From assembly GCA_036337035.1 (NCBI GenBank), contig JAYZFC010000002.1, positions 16,138 to 80,137 of the forward strand: a stretch of DNA of 64,000 nucleotides, written 5' to 3'. The notes below the pieces were generated by a model, which was not told where the DNA came from, did no database searches, and saw nothing but the letters and a program-made list of their open reading frames with translations. Each line of letters opens with the position of its first letter. Position 1 is the first letter of the stretch. Source of the DNA: Pseudomonadota bacterium. GTDB lineage: Bacteria > Pseudomonadota > Gammaproteobacteria > Steroidobacterales > Rariloculaceae. Shown piece after piece: positions 1-9,220 of this stretch. Made by a program: the position numbers and the translations under genes.

Positions 1-27
1 ATAATTAAATTTTATTAGTATAGGATT

Positions 28-2094
28 ATGAAAAATATTCATCTCCTTTTCTTATTGTTAACAATATCTGTATCTATTTATGCTCAGGATGACCATGACC
101 ATGATCATGATCATGACCATGACCATGACCATAACTTTAGTGAAGAGGTTATTGTTAGTAGCGTAGGTGAAAGACCTGCTAATGAAATAATTTCTAGTAC
201 CTATAATGTCCCCCACGAATTACTTGATAGAGCAATTAATTCAAATCTTGGTAACATTATTGAAAATGTTGTAGGTGTCAACTCGAGTAATTTTGGTAGA
301 GGCGTTGGCAAGCCTCAAATTAGAGGTTTAGGTGAATATAGGGTTAAAGTTTTAGAAAATGATCTCGCATCTGGTGACATGGCGGACAATGGTGCAGATC
401 ATCCGCATGCTTTTAATGTGCTTGCTTTTTCTAGAATAGAGGTACTAAAAGGCCCTGCTGCTCTAAGATATGGACCGTTCTCTGCTTCTGGTGTTATCAA
501 TATGTTATCAGAATACAAATTAATTGATGAAAATACACCTAGTTTTGGGGATATCATATATGGAAATAGCTCAGTAGCTGATGAAAACTCAATTCACTTT
601 CATTCATTACTTAGAAGTGGTAACTGGTTCTGGGGACTATCTGGTAACAAAAGAAATGGAAAAGACTATAAAATTCCTGGCTTTATGGAGACAGATGCTT
701 TGCATGCAAAACATGAAGATCAAGGAGAAACGGACACTAGAGTGTCAGGTACTGCAAAAAATACGGCGCTTAAAGAAGATGGAGTTAATTTTCATAACAC
801 ATGGTTAAGTAATAACAAAAAATTTACTTATTTTATTAATAGAAGTGAAGCAGGATTTGGTATTCCAGGGCATGAGCATGAGGAGGAAAATGAAAAAGAA
901 GAGTTAATGACTCTTGACATGGATAGAACCAGATATGGTTTTGAATATACTCAAGACATGAGTGGCTTTTTCAATAAATTTTCTTTTAATTCAGCCTTTG
1001 TCGATTATCAACATGCAGAACTAGAGGGTAATAAAGAAGTTTCTATATTTACCAATGATTCTAATAACATAAGAATAGAACTTACTTTTGACGGTTATAA
1101 CGCTCTTCCTGACCAGAAAGATCACCCTCTATCCTTTAATGGAGTTATTGGATTTTCCAACGAAAAAAACAACACAATAATAGCTGGAGAAGAAGCAGGA
1201 TATATCCCAAGCTTTAACCAATCTAGCGAAGCCTTGTACTTTATTCAAAATATAGAACATTCAAATCTTCTTTTTGAAATAGCTGCTCGATTTGAAAATA
1301 ACAAATTAAATCCTAAAGCTATCAATCTTAAAGAGAAAAATAAAAATAATAGTAATTATTCTATTGGAAGTGGTTTAAAGCTCTCAAATAATTCTTTGAT
1401 AGGCGTATCAATTTCAAAAAATTCAAGGGCTCCTAGTATTTCTGAGATTTATGCAGAAGGGGTGCATCATGATGCCGGAATATACGAAAAAGGAAATAGT
1501 TTATTAAAAAATGAAGATTCTATATCTACAGAAATATACTATAGATATAGTAACGATCTTTTTAATTTAAATGCTGCATACTTTAGCAATGACTTTAATA
1601 GCTTTATTTATAGACATATTACTAATATCAAAGTAGGTAAAATACCTGTAATTGAGTATAGGCAAAAAGGTGCAGAAATTTCTGGTACTGAACTTGAAAT
1701 TAGTTTTGATAACATAGCTCTAGGAAACTTTATTGTTTCTCATTCATTGATGATGTCTAAAATTAATGGAAAACTTAATAATGGTGCATACATACCGAGA
1801 ATCCCTCCTCTAAACTTTCAATATACGCTTGATGCAATGTCAGATAATTGGCTATATACACTTAGATATAAATATAGTGACAAACAAGACTCACTTGCTT
1901 TCAATGAAATGCTAACTGATTCTTATAATAGATTAGATTTTGAAGTTAGTTATAAAGCAAGCAATAATATATTTTTTATATTGCTTATGAGAAATATAGG
2001 TGATGAAGATATCAGAAATCATACTTCTTGGTTGAAAGATAAACTGCCAGAGCCTGGTAGAGATTATAATTTATCTGTTCAATATAGCTTCTAG
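28..2094 (+). CDS. TonB-dependent outer-membrane receptor with N-terminal (Asp-His)7 tract
   Basis: 688-aa ORF. Signal peptide MKNIHLLFLLLTISVSIYA/Q. Plug-like N-terminus (EEVIVSS, GKPQIRGLGEYRVKVL, IEVLKGPAALRYG). Barrel-type C-terminus ending NLSVQYSF with terminal aromatic. Confidence 0.85.
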   Translation: MKNIHLLFLLLTISVSIYAQDDHDHDHDHDHDHDHNFSEEVIVSSVGERPANEIISSTYNVPHELLDRAINSNLGNIIENVVGVNSSNFGRGVGKPQIRGLGEYRVKVLENDLASGDMADNGADHPHAFNVLAFSRIEVLKGPAALRYGPFSASGVINMLSEYKLIDENTPSFGDIIYGNSSVADENSIHFHSLLRSGNWFWGLSGNKRNGKDYKIPGFMETDALHAKHEDQGETDTRVSGTAKNTALKEDGVNFHNTWLSNNKKFTYFINRSEAGFGIPGHEHEEENEKEELMTLDMDRTRYGFEYTQDMSGFFNKFSFNSAFVDYQHAELEGNKEVSIFTNDSNNIRIELTFDGYNALPDQKDHPLSFNGVIGFSNEKNNTIIAGEEAGYIPSFNQSSEALYFIQNIEHSNLLFEIAARFENNKLNPKAINLKEKNKNNSNYSIGSGLKLSNNSLIGVSISKNSRAPSISEIYAEGVHHDAGIYEKGNSLLKNEDSISTEIYYRYSNDLFNLNAAYFSNDFNSFIYRHITNIKVGKIPVIEYRQKGAEISGTELEISFDNIALGNFIVSHSLMMSKINGKLNNGAYIPRIPPLNFQYTLDAMSDNWLYTLRYKYSDKQDSLAFNEMLTDSYNRLDFEVSYKASNNIFFILLMRNIGDEDIRNHTSWLKDKLPEPGRDYNLSVQYSF
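88..132 (+). repeat. In-frame hexanucleotide microsatellite (GAY-CAT)n encoding D(DH)7
   Basis: Read directly: GAT GAC CAT GAC CAT GAT CAT GAT CAT GAC CAT GAC CAT GAC CAT. It lies immediately after the predicted signal-peptide cleavage site of the receptor. Confidence 0.9.
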
Positions 2095-2116
2095 ATAATA
2101 ACAATAATATTATTAC

Positions 2117-2635
2117 TTACTTTAGCAGATTGCCTTCATCATCAAGATCTAAGCCAGTCTTTCTTGCTTGATCAAGCACTTTAGCTGGCCAGATCACATG
2201 GCCTGCATCCGTCCCACCTACAATTGTCATCATTAACGCATATTCTTTGCCAATGTTTCTAAAACTTCTCATAACACCTGCAGGAACGGAAACAATATCG
2301 AATGCGTTTAACTCAATTCTATTCTCCTCCTCATCACCCCAAAGTATCTCCCAATTACCTGACATAGCAAAAAAAACTTCTACTGTATCGTGAGAGTGAA
2401 GTGACGCACCTTTTTCTGCATTAGCTCCTATGTAAGTAACATTAAAACCTTCTACTGCTTTAATTGCTGGAGATAAGTTAATATCTTCTGTTACTCCTGA
2501 ACCAATTACAGTGAAAACATCTCTTTCCATGCCTGGAATAAGAGAATCTACAAAGGCTTTTTGCGTTGGCTTTAAATCATCAAAACGAGCTAGACGCTCA
2601 TTCATTTGCTCAGGTGTAAAAGTCTTAGATTTCAT
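2117..2635 (-). CDS. Cupin-domain protein (no export signal)
   Basis: 172 aa. Cupin motif 1 is SLHSHDTVEVFFAMSG (HxHx3E) and the motif 2 region is VPAGVMRSFRN. Its ATG overlaps the TGA of the upstream gene (ATGA at 2632-2635). Confidence 0.7.
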   Translation of the reverse strand: MKSKTFTPEQMNERLARFDDLKPTQKAFVDSLIPGMERDVFTVIGSGVTEDINLSPAIKAVEGFNVTYIGANAEKGASLHSHDTVEVFFAMSGNWEILWGDEEENRIELNAFDIVSVPAGVMRSFRNIGKEYALMMTIVGGTDAGHVIWPAKVLDQARKTGLDLDDEGNLLK

Positions 2636-4698
2636 CTAATTACGTACTCCCATATATTAGTAGCTTGCTCAAGAATAGCAGGTAGATCAGATTCAAGAAG
2701 ATAACCCTCTTCAATCAACTCTTTTGCCTCCTGAGAAAGTAAATCAAGATAGTGATCTAAGTTATCATACCTTTCTTCTACAGAAAGGCGGGGGTCTTCA
2801 TTAGATAATCTAGTTTCCCTATCTTTTGGAAAAGGTAAAAAAGAGCCTGACATATGTGAAACTGTGTCAGTTGGTCCGTAATCAGAATTATATAGATTCC
2901 AACCCGTATATGTTGCTAAAGGAACTATATGACCAAGAGTTTTAAGGCCACCAATTTCATTACCATCCTCATCTACTTGAGGAACAAAAACAGGAAACGC
3001 ATCACTCACTTCTGGTGGCTCTTTAGTGATGACTCCATCAGTTGCAAAAAAAGGTCCATAATCTACTCGGTAAGCTTTATGAGTTTTAGTTGGAAAATTT
3101 ATATTTGGTATTTTAGGAAAATTAACCATATCTGGCTCAACAAGAGTTCCGTCTTTCAAAAGCGGATATCTACTTGGTGGTGCTGGTATATCATTTGCAA
3201 CCCAGTCATTCATCCTTATCAATAGAGCACGCATTAGCCAAGAAAAATCATTTGGATTATTTAAGTTCTGCCCATTTGTCTGTGATGGAGGAAAGTCTGA
3301 AGGCAGATGTTGAGCGCCAGACAAATGATAAACTCTTGAATAATCATCTAGCATAGGTACATCAACTAATCCATCAACTGAAGTAGTTAAAAGCGAAACA
3401 ACCCTACCCCAATATTCATAAGAAGAATTTACATTATATACTTTAGGCATAAATGCTTCTGGTAAATGAGATAACACTCCATCAGTAATTCCAGTTAAAG
3501 GATCGGTTTGCTCAATATCTGTGAATGGAAAAATATCAGTAGGATAAAAGAAATTTAAAAAGGGATGAGCATCTCTTGAAGCTTGTCCAAATCTTAAATT
3601 AAAACTCCCTCTTGCAGCTCCACCAATTTGGGCAATTACTCCATCAAGAGCTTTTCTATTAGACTCATCTTCATTAAAACCCATATAGAGATAAGTCCTT
3701 AGCGTTCTTCCAGGTTGCGACATTCCATACGCAATAATATGATCTATAGAGTTTTCTGAAAGATTTAAGTCAGCTAAGGAGTCATATTTTAGAGCAGAAG
3801 CAGTATCGCGAATTGCAGCAAGACCTAAACCAATAATTTCAGGATTCTCTGATACATATACTACTTCATAAATTAGTTTGGGTTTAAAACCTGAGGACAA
3901 ATAAATTCTATCCATATCAGGAACTACCTTGCCTTGCTCTAATCTTGCAAAGCTCCATTGATCCCTTGCGATAATTCTTCTCTCTCCTTCAACAGAATCT
4001 CTAACAGTTAAAATATTTTCTGGTGAATCAGGATCAGAAACAGAGTATGGGATATGGCCTCTATCAGCCAAAGTCCTATCAAAAACCTCTGAAGTAACAA
4101 CAAAATCACTTCTAACCAAGCCTTCAATTGTATTTTCTGGATCTATTTTAGGAATAAAAATTCTCGATCCTGCTGTTCTACTGGCTGGCACATCAAATTG
4201 CCAACCTACCCAAAATAGAGAAAAACCATTTTCCATTAAAAAACCATCGCCAAAGTCTGACTCTATCGTTGGATTAGCAGCATCCCAATATTCTCCTCCT
4301 GTATAAACAACTCCACCATCGGTTGCATCAGCATGATTAAAAAAAGTTAGCATTCGTCTGGTACCTCGATTAGCAATACCAAGGAGCGTTGTTCCATTAG
4401 ACTTATCCATGTTTTTTGGTTTTAAAAAAGTAAAATTAGCCGAAAACTCAACCATACCTTGGGCGTTTAATGGAGCATATTCGATATCAACAATTTTATG
4501 ATTAACTAGGTTGGCTGGGTCAACTTCAAAAAAAATAGTGCCAAGAAACTTTTCATATGCGCCTGTTTCACCAAACTCATAACTATCAAGAACATCCTCA
4601 TGGATTTCTATATCAAAACCAACAACTTTTGCTTCTATAGTTGTGAATAATGAAAAAAGAAAAAAGAGAAATGTAATTTTTTTGAAATCAAGTTTCAT
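2632..4698 (-). CDS. Secreted uncharacterised protein, alpha/beta-hydrolase-like (tentative); paralogue of 17088..19064
   Basis: 688 aa. Sec signal MKLDFKKITFLFFLFSLFTTIEA/K. Colinear with the 658-aa ORF at 17088..19064; shared blocks are DRGHIPYSV, SQPGRTLRTYLYMGFN vs SQSGRLLRTFLYDGFN, and RLS.EERYDNLDHYL. The Ser sits in a small-x-Ser-x-small context like a nucleophile elbow. Family name is recalled from memory only. Confidence 0.6.
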   Translation of the reverse strand: MKLDFKKITFLFFLFSLFTTIEAKVVGFDIEIHEDVLDSYEFGETGAYEKFLGTIFFEVDPANLVNHKIVDIEYAPLNAQGMVEFSANFTFLKPKNMDKSNGTTLLGIANRGTRRMLTFFNHADATDGGVVYTGGEYWDAANPTIESDFGDGFLMENGFSLFWVGWQFDVPASRTAGSRIFIPKIDPENTIEGLVRSDFVVTSEVFDRTLADRGHIPYSVSDPDSPENILTVRDSVEGERRIIARDQWSFARLEQGKVVPDMDRIYLSSGFKPKLIYEVVYVSENPEIIGLGLAAIRDTASALKYDSLADLNLSENSIDHIIAYGMSQPGRTLRTYLYMGFNEDESNRKALDGVIAQIGGAARGSFNLRFGQASRDAHPFLNFFYPTDIFPFTDIEQTDPLTGITDGVLSHLPEAFMPKVYNVNSSYEYWGRVVSLLTTSVDGLVDVPMLDDYSRVYHLSGAQHLPSDFPPSQTNGQNLNNPNDFSWLMRALLIRMNDWVANDIPAPPSRYPLLKDGTLVEPDMVNFPKIPNINFPTKTHKAYRVDYGPFFATDGVITKEPPEVSDAFPVFVPQVDEDGNEIGGLKTLGHIVPLATYTGWNLYNSDYGPTDTVSHMSGSFLPFPKDRETRLSNEDPRLSVEERYDNLDHYLDLLSQEAKELIEEGYLLESDLPAILEQATNIWEYVIR

Positions 4699-4715
4699 AA
4701 TCTTCCTTTTAATAT

Positions 4716-5834
4716 CTAAATATCTCTACTTAATTTCAATAATCTAATTAAATTACCGCCAAGAATAGCTTCTTTTTCTGAATTATTAAGGAATTGAGAA
4801 TTTAAGATAAGATGCATAGTATCTGGCCAACCTAAAGGCATATCTGTTCCATAAACTACCTGACTTGGTCCCATCTCTGCTACTAGATGACGAAGACCTT
4901 CATCTGAAAAAACCATGGAATCAGCAAAAATTTGTGTCCTCAGGTACTCTCTCGGAGGCTTCTGATTCTTACAGTCATCAGCTTGAATTGGATCATTACC
5001 TATAAATTCCCCAGAAGAATTTCTAGCAGCACCTCCAAATGCATCGCAAGCTACATCTAGCCTTCCAAAATACGAGGGCAAGTAACCTCCTCCATGAGCT
5101 CCACAAATCTTAAGTCCTGGGAAACGGTCAAATGTTCCATCTAAGATAAACCTAGATAGAAGAAAACCCGTTTCAAGAGGATTGCCAACAATATTGCCTA
5201 AATCTCCACTAAAATCTAAGCCACCTTCTTTAACAATATTAACCGCATTCGCTGGATGCATAAAGACTGGCACATCAAGTTCTTCAGCTTTTGCCCAAAA
5301 TGGATCATACTTTTCTGATGCAGGAACTTCTCCCTCAACATGGCCACCAATAGAAGCACCCTTAAAGCCTAAAGTTTTCACAGCATACTCTAGTTGTTCA
5401 GCTGCCAGCTCTGGAAATTGAAGTGCTACAGAAGTCAACGCAACAAATCGATCAGGATAACGCTCTACCCAACGAGCAAATCCTTCATCTTGAACACGAA
5501 TAATATCTCTAGCTAAATCGTAATCTGCTCTATACCACCAGTATTGATTAGCACTAATAACTGAAACATCTATTCCCCACTCATTCATCAAATCAAGTCT
5601 TGATGGCTCCAATAATCTTGGACCTCCAATTCTTCTCTCAAGAGGAGTGCCGTTAATTACATTCTCAACTTCTTTAATTGAAGCATGAGCATGGATATCT
5701 ACAGTTTTAACTCTTTTCCCTGCTATATATATTTCTTTTCTTGTTTGAGAAAAAACAGAAGGAGAGGAAAATGAACCAATAGCACCTACTCCCAAAGCAT
5801 GAAGAAAATGTCGCCTATTTTTAATAATGCTCAT
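4716..5834 (-). CDS. Tat-exported amidohydrolase_2 family metal-dependent hydrolase/decarboxylase-like enzyme
   Basis: 372 aa. Twin-arginine leader KNRRHFLHALGVGAIGSFSSPSVFSQ. Blocks VDIHAHAS (HxH), FMHPAN, AHGGGYLPSY and VYGTDMP. Paralogue of 10144..11208. Confidence 0.75.
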   Translation of the reverse strand: MSIIKNRRHFLHALGVGAIGSFSSPSVFSQTRKEIYIAGKRVKTVDIHAHASIKEVENVINGTPLERRIGGPRLLEPSRLDLMNEWGIDVSVISANQYWWYRADYDLARDIIRVQDEGFARWVERYPDRFVALTSVALQFPELAAEQLEYAVKTLGFKGASIGGHVEGEVPASEKYDPFWAKAEELDVPVFMHPANAVNIVKEGGLDFSGDLGNIVGNPLETGFLLSRFILDGTFDRFPGLKICGAHGGGYLPSYFGRLDVACDAFGGAARNSSGEFIGNDPIQADDCKNQKPPREYLRTQIFADSMVFSDEGLRHLVAEMGPSQVVYGTDMPLGWPDTMHLILNSQFLNNSEKEAILGGNLIRLLKLSRDI

Positions 5835-5837
5835 TAT

Positions 5838-7103
5838 TTATTCTCCTGAAACAATTGGTGGTCCCATAAGAAAATCAGGGTTGGCCCCTTCTCTAGGAGT
5901 AAATTTTTGAACGCCACCTTTATTATCAACTTGGGCTAAATAAACATTACCCTCCTGATCAACACTCATCCCATGAACACCAGCAATGCCTCCAGGATAA
6001 TTACCATAGGATCCCCAAGAATATAGAAAGTTCCCGTCTAGATCATATTTTAAAATCTTATGTGTATTGCGATCAGCAGCCCAAAGATAACCATCCGCGG
6101 TAATATTAAATAAATGAAGATTTCCTACTGGGCCAACATTCCATTCAAAAAGATACTCACCATCTTCAGTAAAGACCTGAATTCTCTGATTAGCCCTATC
6201 ATTTACAAATACTCGATTTGTTTCTGGATCAACCGCAACACCATGGACGTTATTCATATAGCCAGGTCTTGTTTCATTAGGAGGGTTACCAGCTTGACCC
6301 CAAGAAGTTAAATAATTACCATCTTTATCAAACTTAACAATCCTAGTCCCGTTATATCCATCCGCTACTACAAAACTGCCATCAGGAAACCAATCCATGA
6401 AAGCAGGTCTATTAAAATGTGTTTCATCATCACCTGGTTGTCCGTAAGTTCCTATTGTCTGAAGGAGGGTTTTACCATCATTAGTAAATTTATGAATAAC
6501 ATGCTTATGATCATCAACTATCCAAACATTCTTTTCTTCGTCATATGGACTAATAGCTACAAAATGAGGCCTTTGAAGCATAGAATCCCACTGATTCCAA
6601 GCTTCAATTACATTACCTTCTCTATCAAAAACTAAAATACAATATTCCCATTTAGAGTCGACACCAAGTCTGCCTCCACCTTTGATCCAATTAATTACGC
6701 CATCTTCAGCTATATTGCCTGTCCCACCACCACTCGGTAAGCTTGCTCTTGTTGCATTTCTCCATACATTTGTAGGAGGAAATTGCATACTAGGTCCCAC
6801 CTCAGGCAGTCTTCTAGTTCCTGGATTAGAAACATCTGGCAGCAGACCTCTTTGAAGATAAAAAACTCTATCGGGGCTCTGTGCAAAAACACTTTGTCCC
6901 GCTCCAAATGTCCAGCCCTCTGCTCCAGGCAAACCAGAAATGTCTTTTGGCCAATCTATAACAACATCATAAGGGCCAAATGCATCCTGCCCTCCTATTT
7001 CACCAGGAATAGCAGCATAGCTTTGAGAAGCATCCTGTGAATACAAATAATTACTAATAAATAAAAAGCTAATAAAAAATAATATTTTTTTAACCTTGAA
7101 CAT
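5838..7103 (-). CDS. Secreted NHL-repeat beta-propeller protein
   Basis: 421 aa. Signal peptide ending NYLYS/Q. Repeated NHL-like blocks: YNGTRIVKFDKDGNYL, HGVAVDPETNRVFVNDRANQRIQVF, HGMSVDQEGNVYLAQ. Confidence 0.65.
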   Translation of the reverse strand: MFKVKKILFFISFLFISNYLYSQDASQSYAAIPGEIGGQDAFGPYDVVIDWPKDISGLPGAEGWTFGAGQSVFAQSPDRVFYLQRGLLPDVSNPGTRRLPEVGPSMQFPPTNVWRNATRASLPSGGGTGNIAEDGVINWIKGGGRLGVDSKWEYCILVFDREGNVIEAWNQWDSMLQRPHFVAISPYDEEKNVWIVDDHKHVIHKFTNDGKTLLQTIGTYGQPGDDETHFNRPAFMDWFPDGSFVVADGYNGTRIVKFDKDGNYLTSWGQAGNPPNETRPGYMNNVHGVAVDPETNRVFVNDRANQRIQVFTEDGEYLFEWNVGPVGNLHLFNITADGYLWAADRNTHKILKYDLDGNFLYSWGSYGNYPGGIAGVHGMSVDQEGNVYLAQVDNKGGVQKFTPREGANPDFLMGPPIVSGE

Positions 7104-7146
7104 AATTTTTCCCTCTAGATCTAATTTAACTTAATAATTACAGAAT

Positions 7147-8154
7147 TTACTCAAACCCTGCAAACTCAGGATCACAGTTATATTCTTGAATTGAGTATTC
7201 AGGAGTATAGTCAAGTTGCATTGTACCACTCCATGACTCAGCTAAATATTCTGGATCCTCCACAAGAATATCTACATTCATTCTATTACCTTCTTTGTTT
7301 AAATAAAAACGCTCTATAGTATGTTTTTTCGAACCGTTAGGTACACCCCTATCAAATGAAGAACGGTGATCTGCAAATAATACTGTATCAACAACCAATA
7401 CATCATCTTCCCAAAAACCAATCGAGTGTCCCTGATTAGTTCTTTCACCAGCTTCAGGATGACTTCTTCCATCCATATAAATGATTCTTTGGTTATCAAA
7501 AAATTCATTCTTAATGATTATCCTATCGTCCAATATATCAAATTCAGTTAGGTAGATAATCATGCCTCTTAACCAAGTCGGTGTAGGAGGAGGAACACAC
7601 TGAGCAATTGGGCTATGTAATCTATAATCATAGGAGCTCTTTGCTAAGGCAGCTTTGTCAGTCAATGAAGCTTCTGACATCGCCTTAGAGAACTCAATTA
7701 TTGTTGAACCCCTTCCTTTCCAGACCCCTTCAAAACTATCTGTAGTAGAAGTACCAATATAATCGCTCTCATCCTGAATGTATACTGAACCATCAGCTGT
7801 CTGAATATTGATCAACATAACATCATGATCTTGGGGGTCTCTATTTGGATAAGCTGTAGCTTGGACCAAATCACCTTCCTTAAGTAGATCTCTTGACCAG
7901 CCGCTTCTAGTCATAATCATGGTGCTCCCAATCTCTAACGCCCATTCAGCAATATCTCCATTACTATCAGGAGCCTCAACATAAATAGTCACATGAGGAT
8001 TTCTCCAAACATAATTTGTCACTACTCCCTGTAATGTTATTGTCTTAGTCTGATCATAACTAGCATCACTATGATGAGCATTAGATGAAACAACAAAGAA
8101 AAAGCTCAAACAGATAAAAAAACTAAAGAATCTAGTCATAATAACCTCAGCCAA
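7147..8154 (-). CDS. Secreted two-domain protein of unknown function (DUF6152-like N-terminus plus C-x-P-P / DGR-HP domain)
   Basis: 335 aa. Signal ending VVSSNA/HH. N-terminal HHSDASYD...WRNPHVTIYVE block (DUF6152-like, from memory). The C-terminal half (AQCVPPPTP, IIYMDGRSHPE, VDILVEDPEYL) is homologous to 23962..24750. Confidence 0.5.
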   Translation of the reverse strand: MAEVIMTRFFSFFICLSFFFVVSSNAHHSDASYDQTKTITLQGVVTNYVWRNPHVTIYVEAPDSNGDIAEWALEIGSTMIMTRSGWSRDLLKEGDLVQATAYPNRDPQDHDVMLINIQTADGSVYIQDESDYIGTSTTDSFEGVWKGRGSTIIEFSKAMSEASLTDKAALAKSSYDYRLHSPIAQCVPPPTPTWLRGMIIYLTEFDILDDRIIIKNEFFDNQRIIYMDGRSHPEAGERTNQGHSIGFWEDDVLVVDTVLFADHRSSFDRGVPNGSKKHTIERFYLNKEGNRMNVDILVEDPEYLAESWSGTMQLDYTPEYSIQEYNCDPEFAGFE

Positions 8155-8204
8155 TGTTTATTGAATTAAAAATCATATTATAAAAAGTTCAAAATAAAAA
8201 GTTG

Positions 8205-9011
8205 TTATAGTGCATTAAACTGGGCAATCTCAAAATGAATATTATTCATACCTTCAAAAAACATTAGCAAAGTTGTGCTTCCTGGTCGTGCAGGCCTAAT
8301 AACATATGGTTCATAGCCACTTTCCCTAATCCTAGCAACTAAATTATCCATATCATTTACAGAAAAGCCAAAATGATCTAATGAGCGACCTCTACTTGGT
8401 AAAATAGCTTGATCTGTTTCTGAAATATGGATCCAGATTCCTTCATATTTAATTATTTTAAGATCACTTATATCATCTTGAGGATAAGATTCTCCGCCAA
8501 AGATTTCTAAAAACCAATCTCTTAATAATGAACTATTTGTTGTAAATATATGAACATGATGAATGCCCTTATAAGTAGGATGCTCTAACAATTCTACTTT
8601 AGCTCCCCATGGATCTCTAAACATAGCTATCTGATTTGAAAGAATACCTTGCGTCGGTTGTAGCTCAATTGAGGCACCCATGATTTCTGCTTTTTCAAGC
8701 ATTAGAGGGACATTAGGAACTGCGAAACCAAAATGATGGATAGCACCACCCTCAAGAGAACCCGCTAGACCATTGTCTTGCATAGTAGCAATATTCCCAT
8801 GTGAATATGCAACTGAACCCATACCACCAGAAAAATCTCTTAACTCACCACCAAAGAGAGTTTGATACCATTCAGCACTAGCCTCTGGATCTGCTGATCT
8901 TAAGTGAACATGAGTGAAGCTTTGGCTATAAACAGGAAGAGAGCTTGATAAGAAAAAAAATAACAAGCTTGCTTTGAGTAAGCTAGTAATCGAAAAGTAT
9001 GATAAAAACAT
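8205..9011 (-). CDS. Secreted tandem VOC (glyoxalase/bleomycin-resistance/extradiol-dioxygenase) family protein
   Basis: 268 aa. Signal peptide ending SSSLPVYS/Q. Two VOC modules with His contexts THVHLRS, IHHFGFAVPN, HHVHIFT and LDHFGFSVND. Confidence 0.7.
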   Translation of the reverse strand: MFLSYFSITSLLKASLLFFFLSSSLPVYSQSFTHVHLRSADPEASAEWYQTLFGGELRDFSGGMGSVAYSHGNIATMQDNGLAGSLEGGAIHHFGFAVPNVPLMLEKAEIMGASIELQPTQGILSNQIAMFRDPWGAKVELLEHPTYKGIHHVHIFTTNSSLLRDWFLEIFGGESYPQDDISDLKIIKYEGIWIHISETDQAILPSRGRSLDHFGFSVNDMDNLVARIRESGYEPYVIRPARPGSTTLLMFFEGMNNIHFEIAQFNAL

Positions 9012-9220
9012 ATCTTTTACTCCCTATTTAAAAAAACTATATTAAAAAAGATAAATTTAAAAGAATTAATACTGTTATATATATATTGTTTTTAGATTGC
9101 TTTAAAGAAAAATTATTATAATATTTTAATATTAAGTAATGAAGTTTCTTAAAATTATGATAAATTCTTTACAAACATATCAATTTATCTTGTTAATTGA
9201 ATTTTAAGGAGCCATAAACA
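9012..9220. promoter_or_regulatory. Divergent promoter region (longest non-coding stretch in window)
   Basis: 209-nt very AT-rich gap between divergently oriented genes. AAGGAG at 9206..9211 lies 9 nt before ATG 9221. Several TATAAT-like hexamers occur (e.g. 9117..9122), but these are not discriminating in this composition. Confidence 0.5.
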
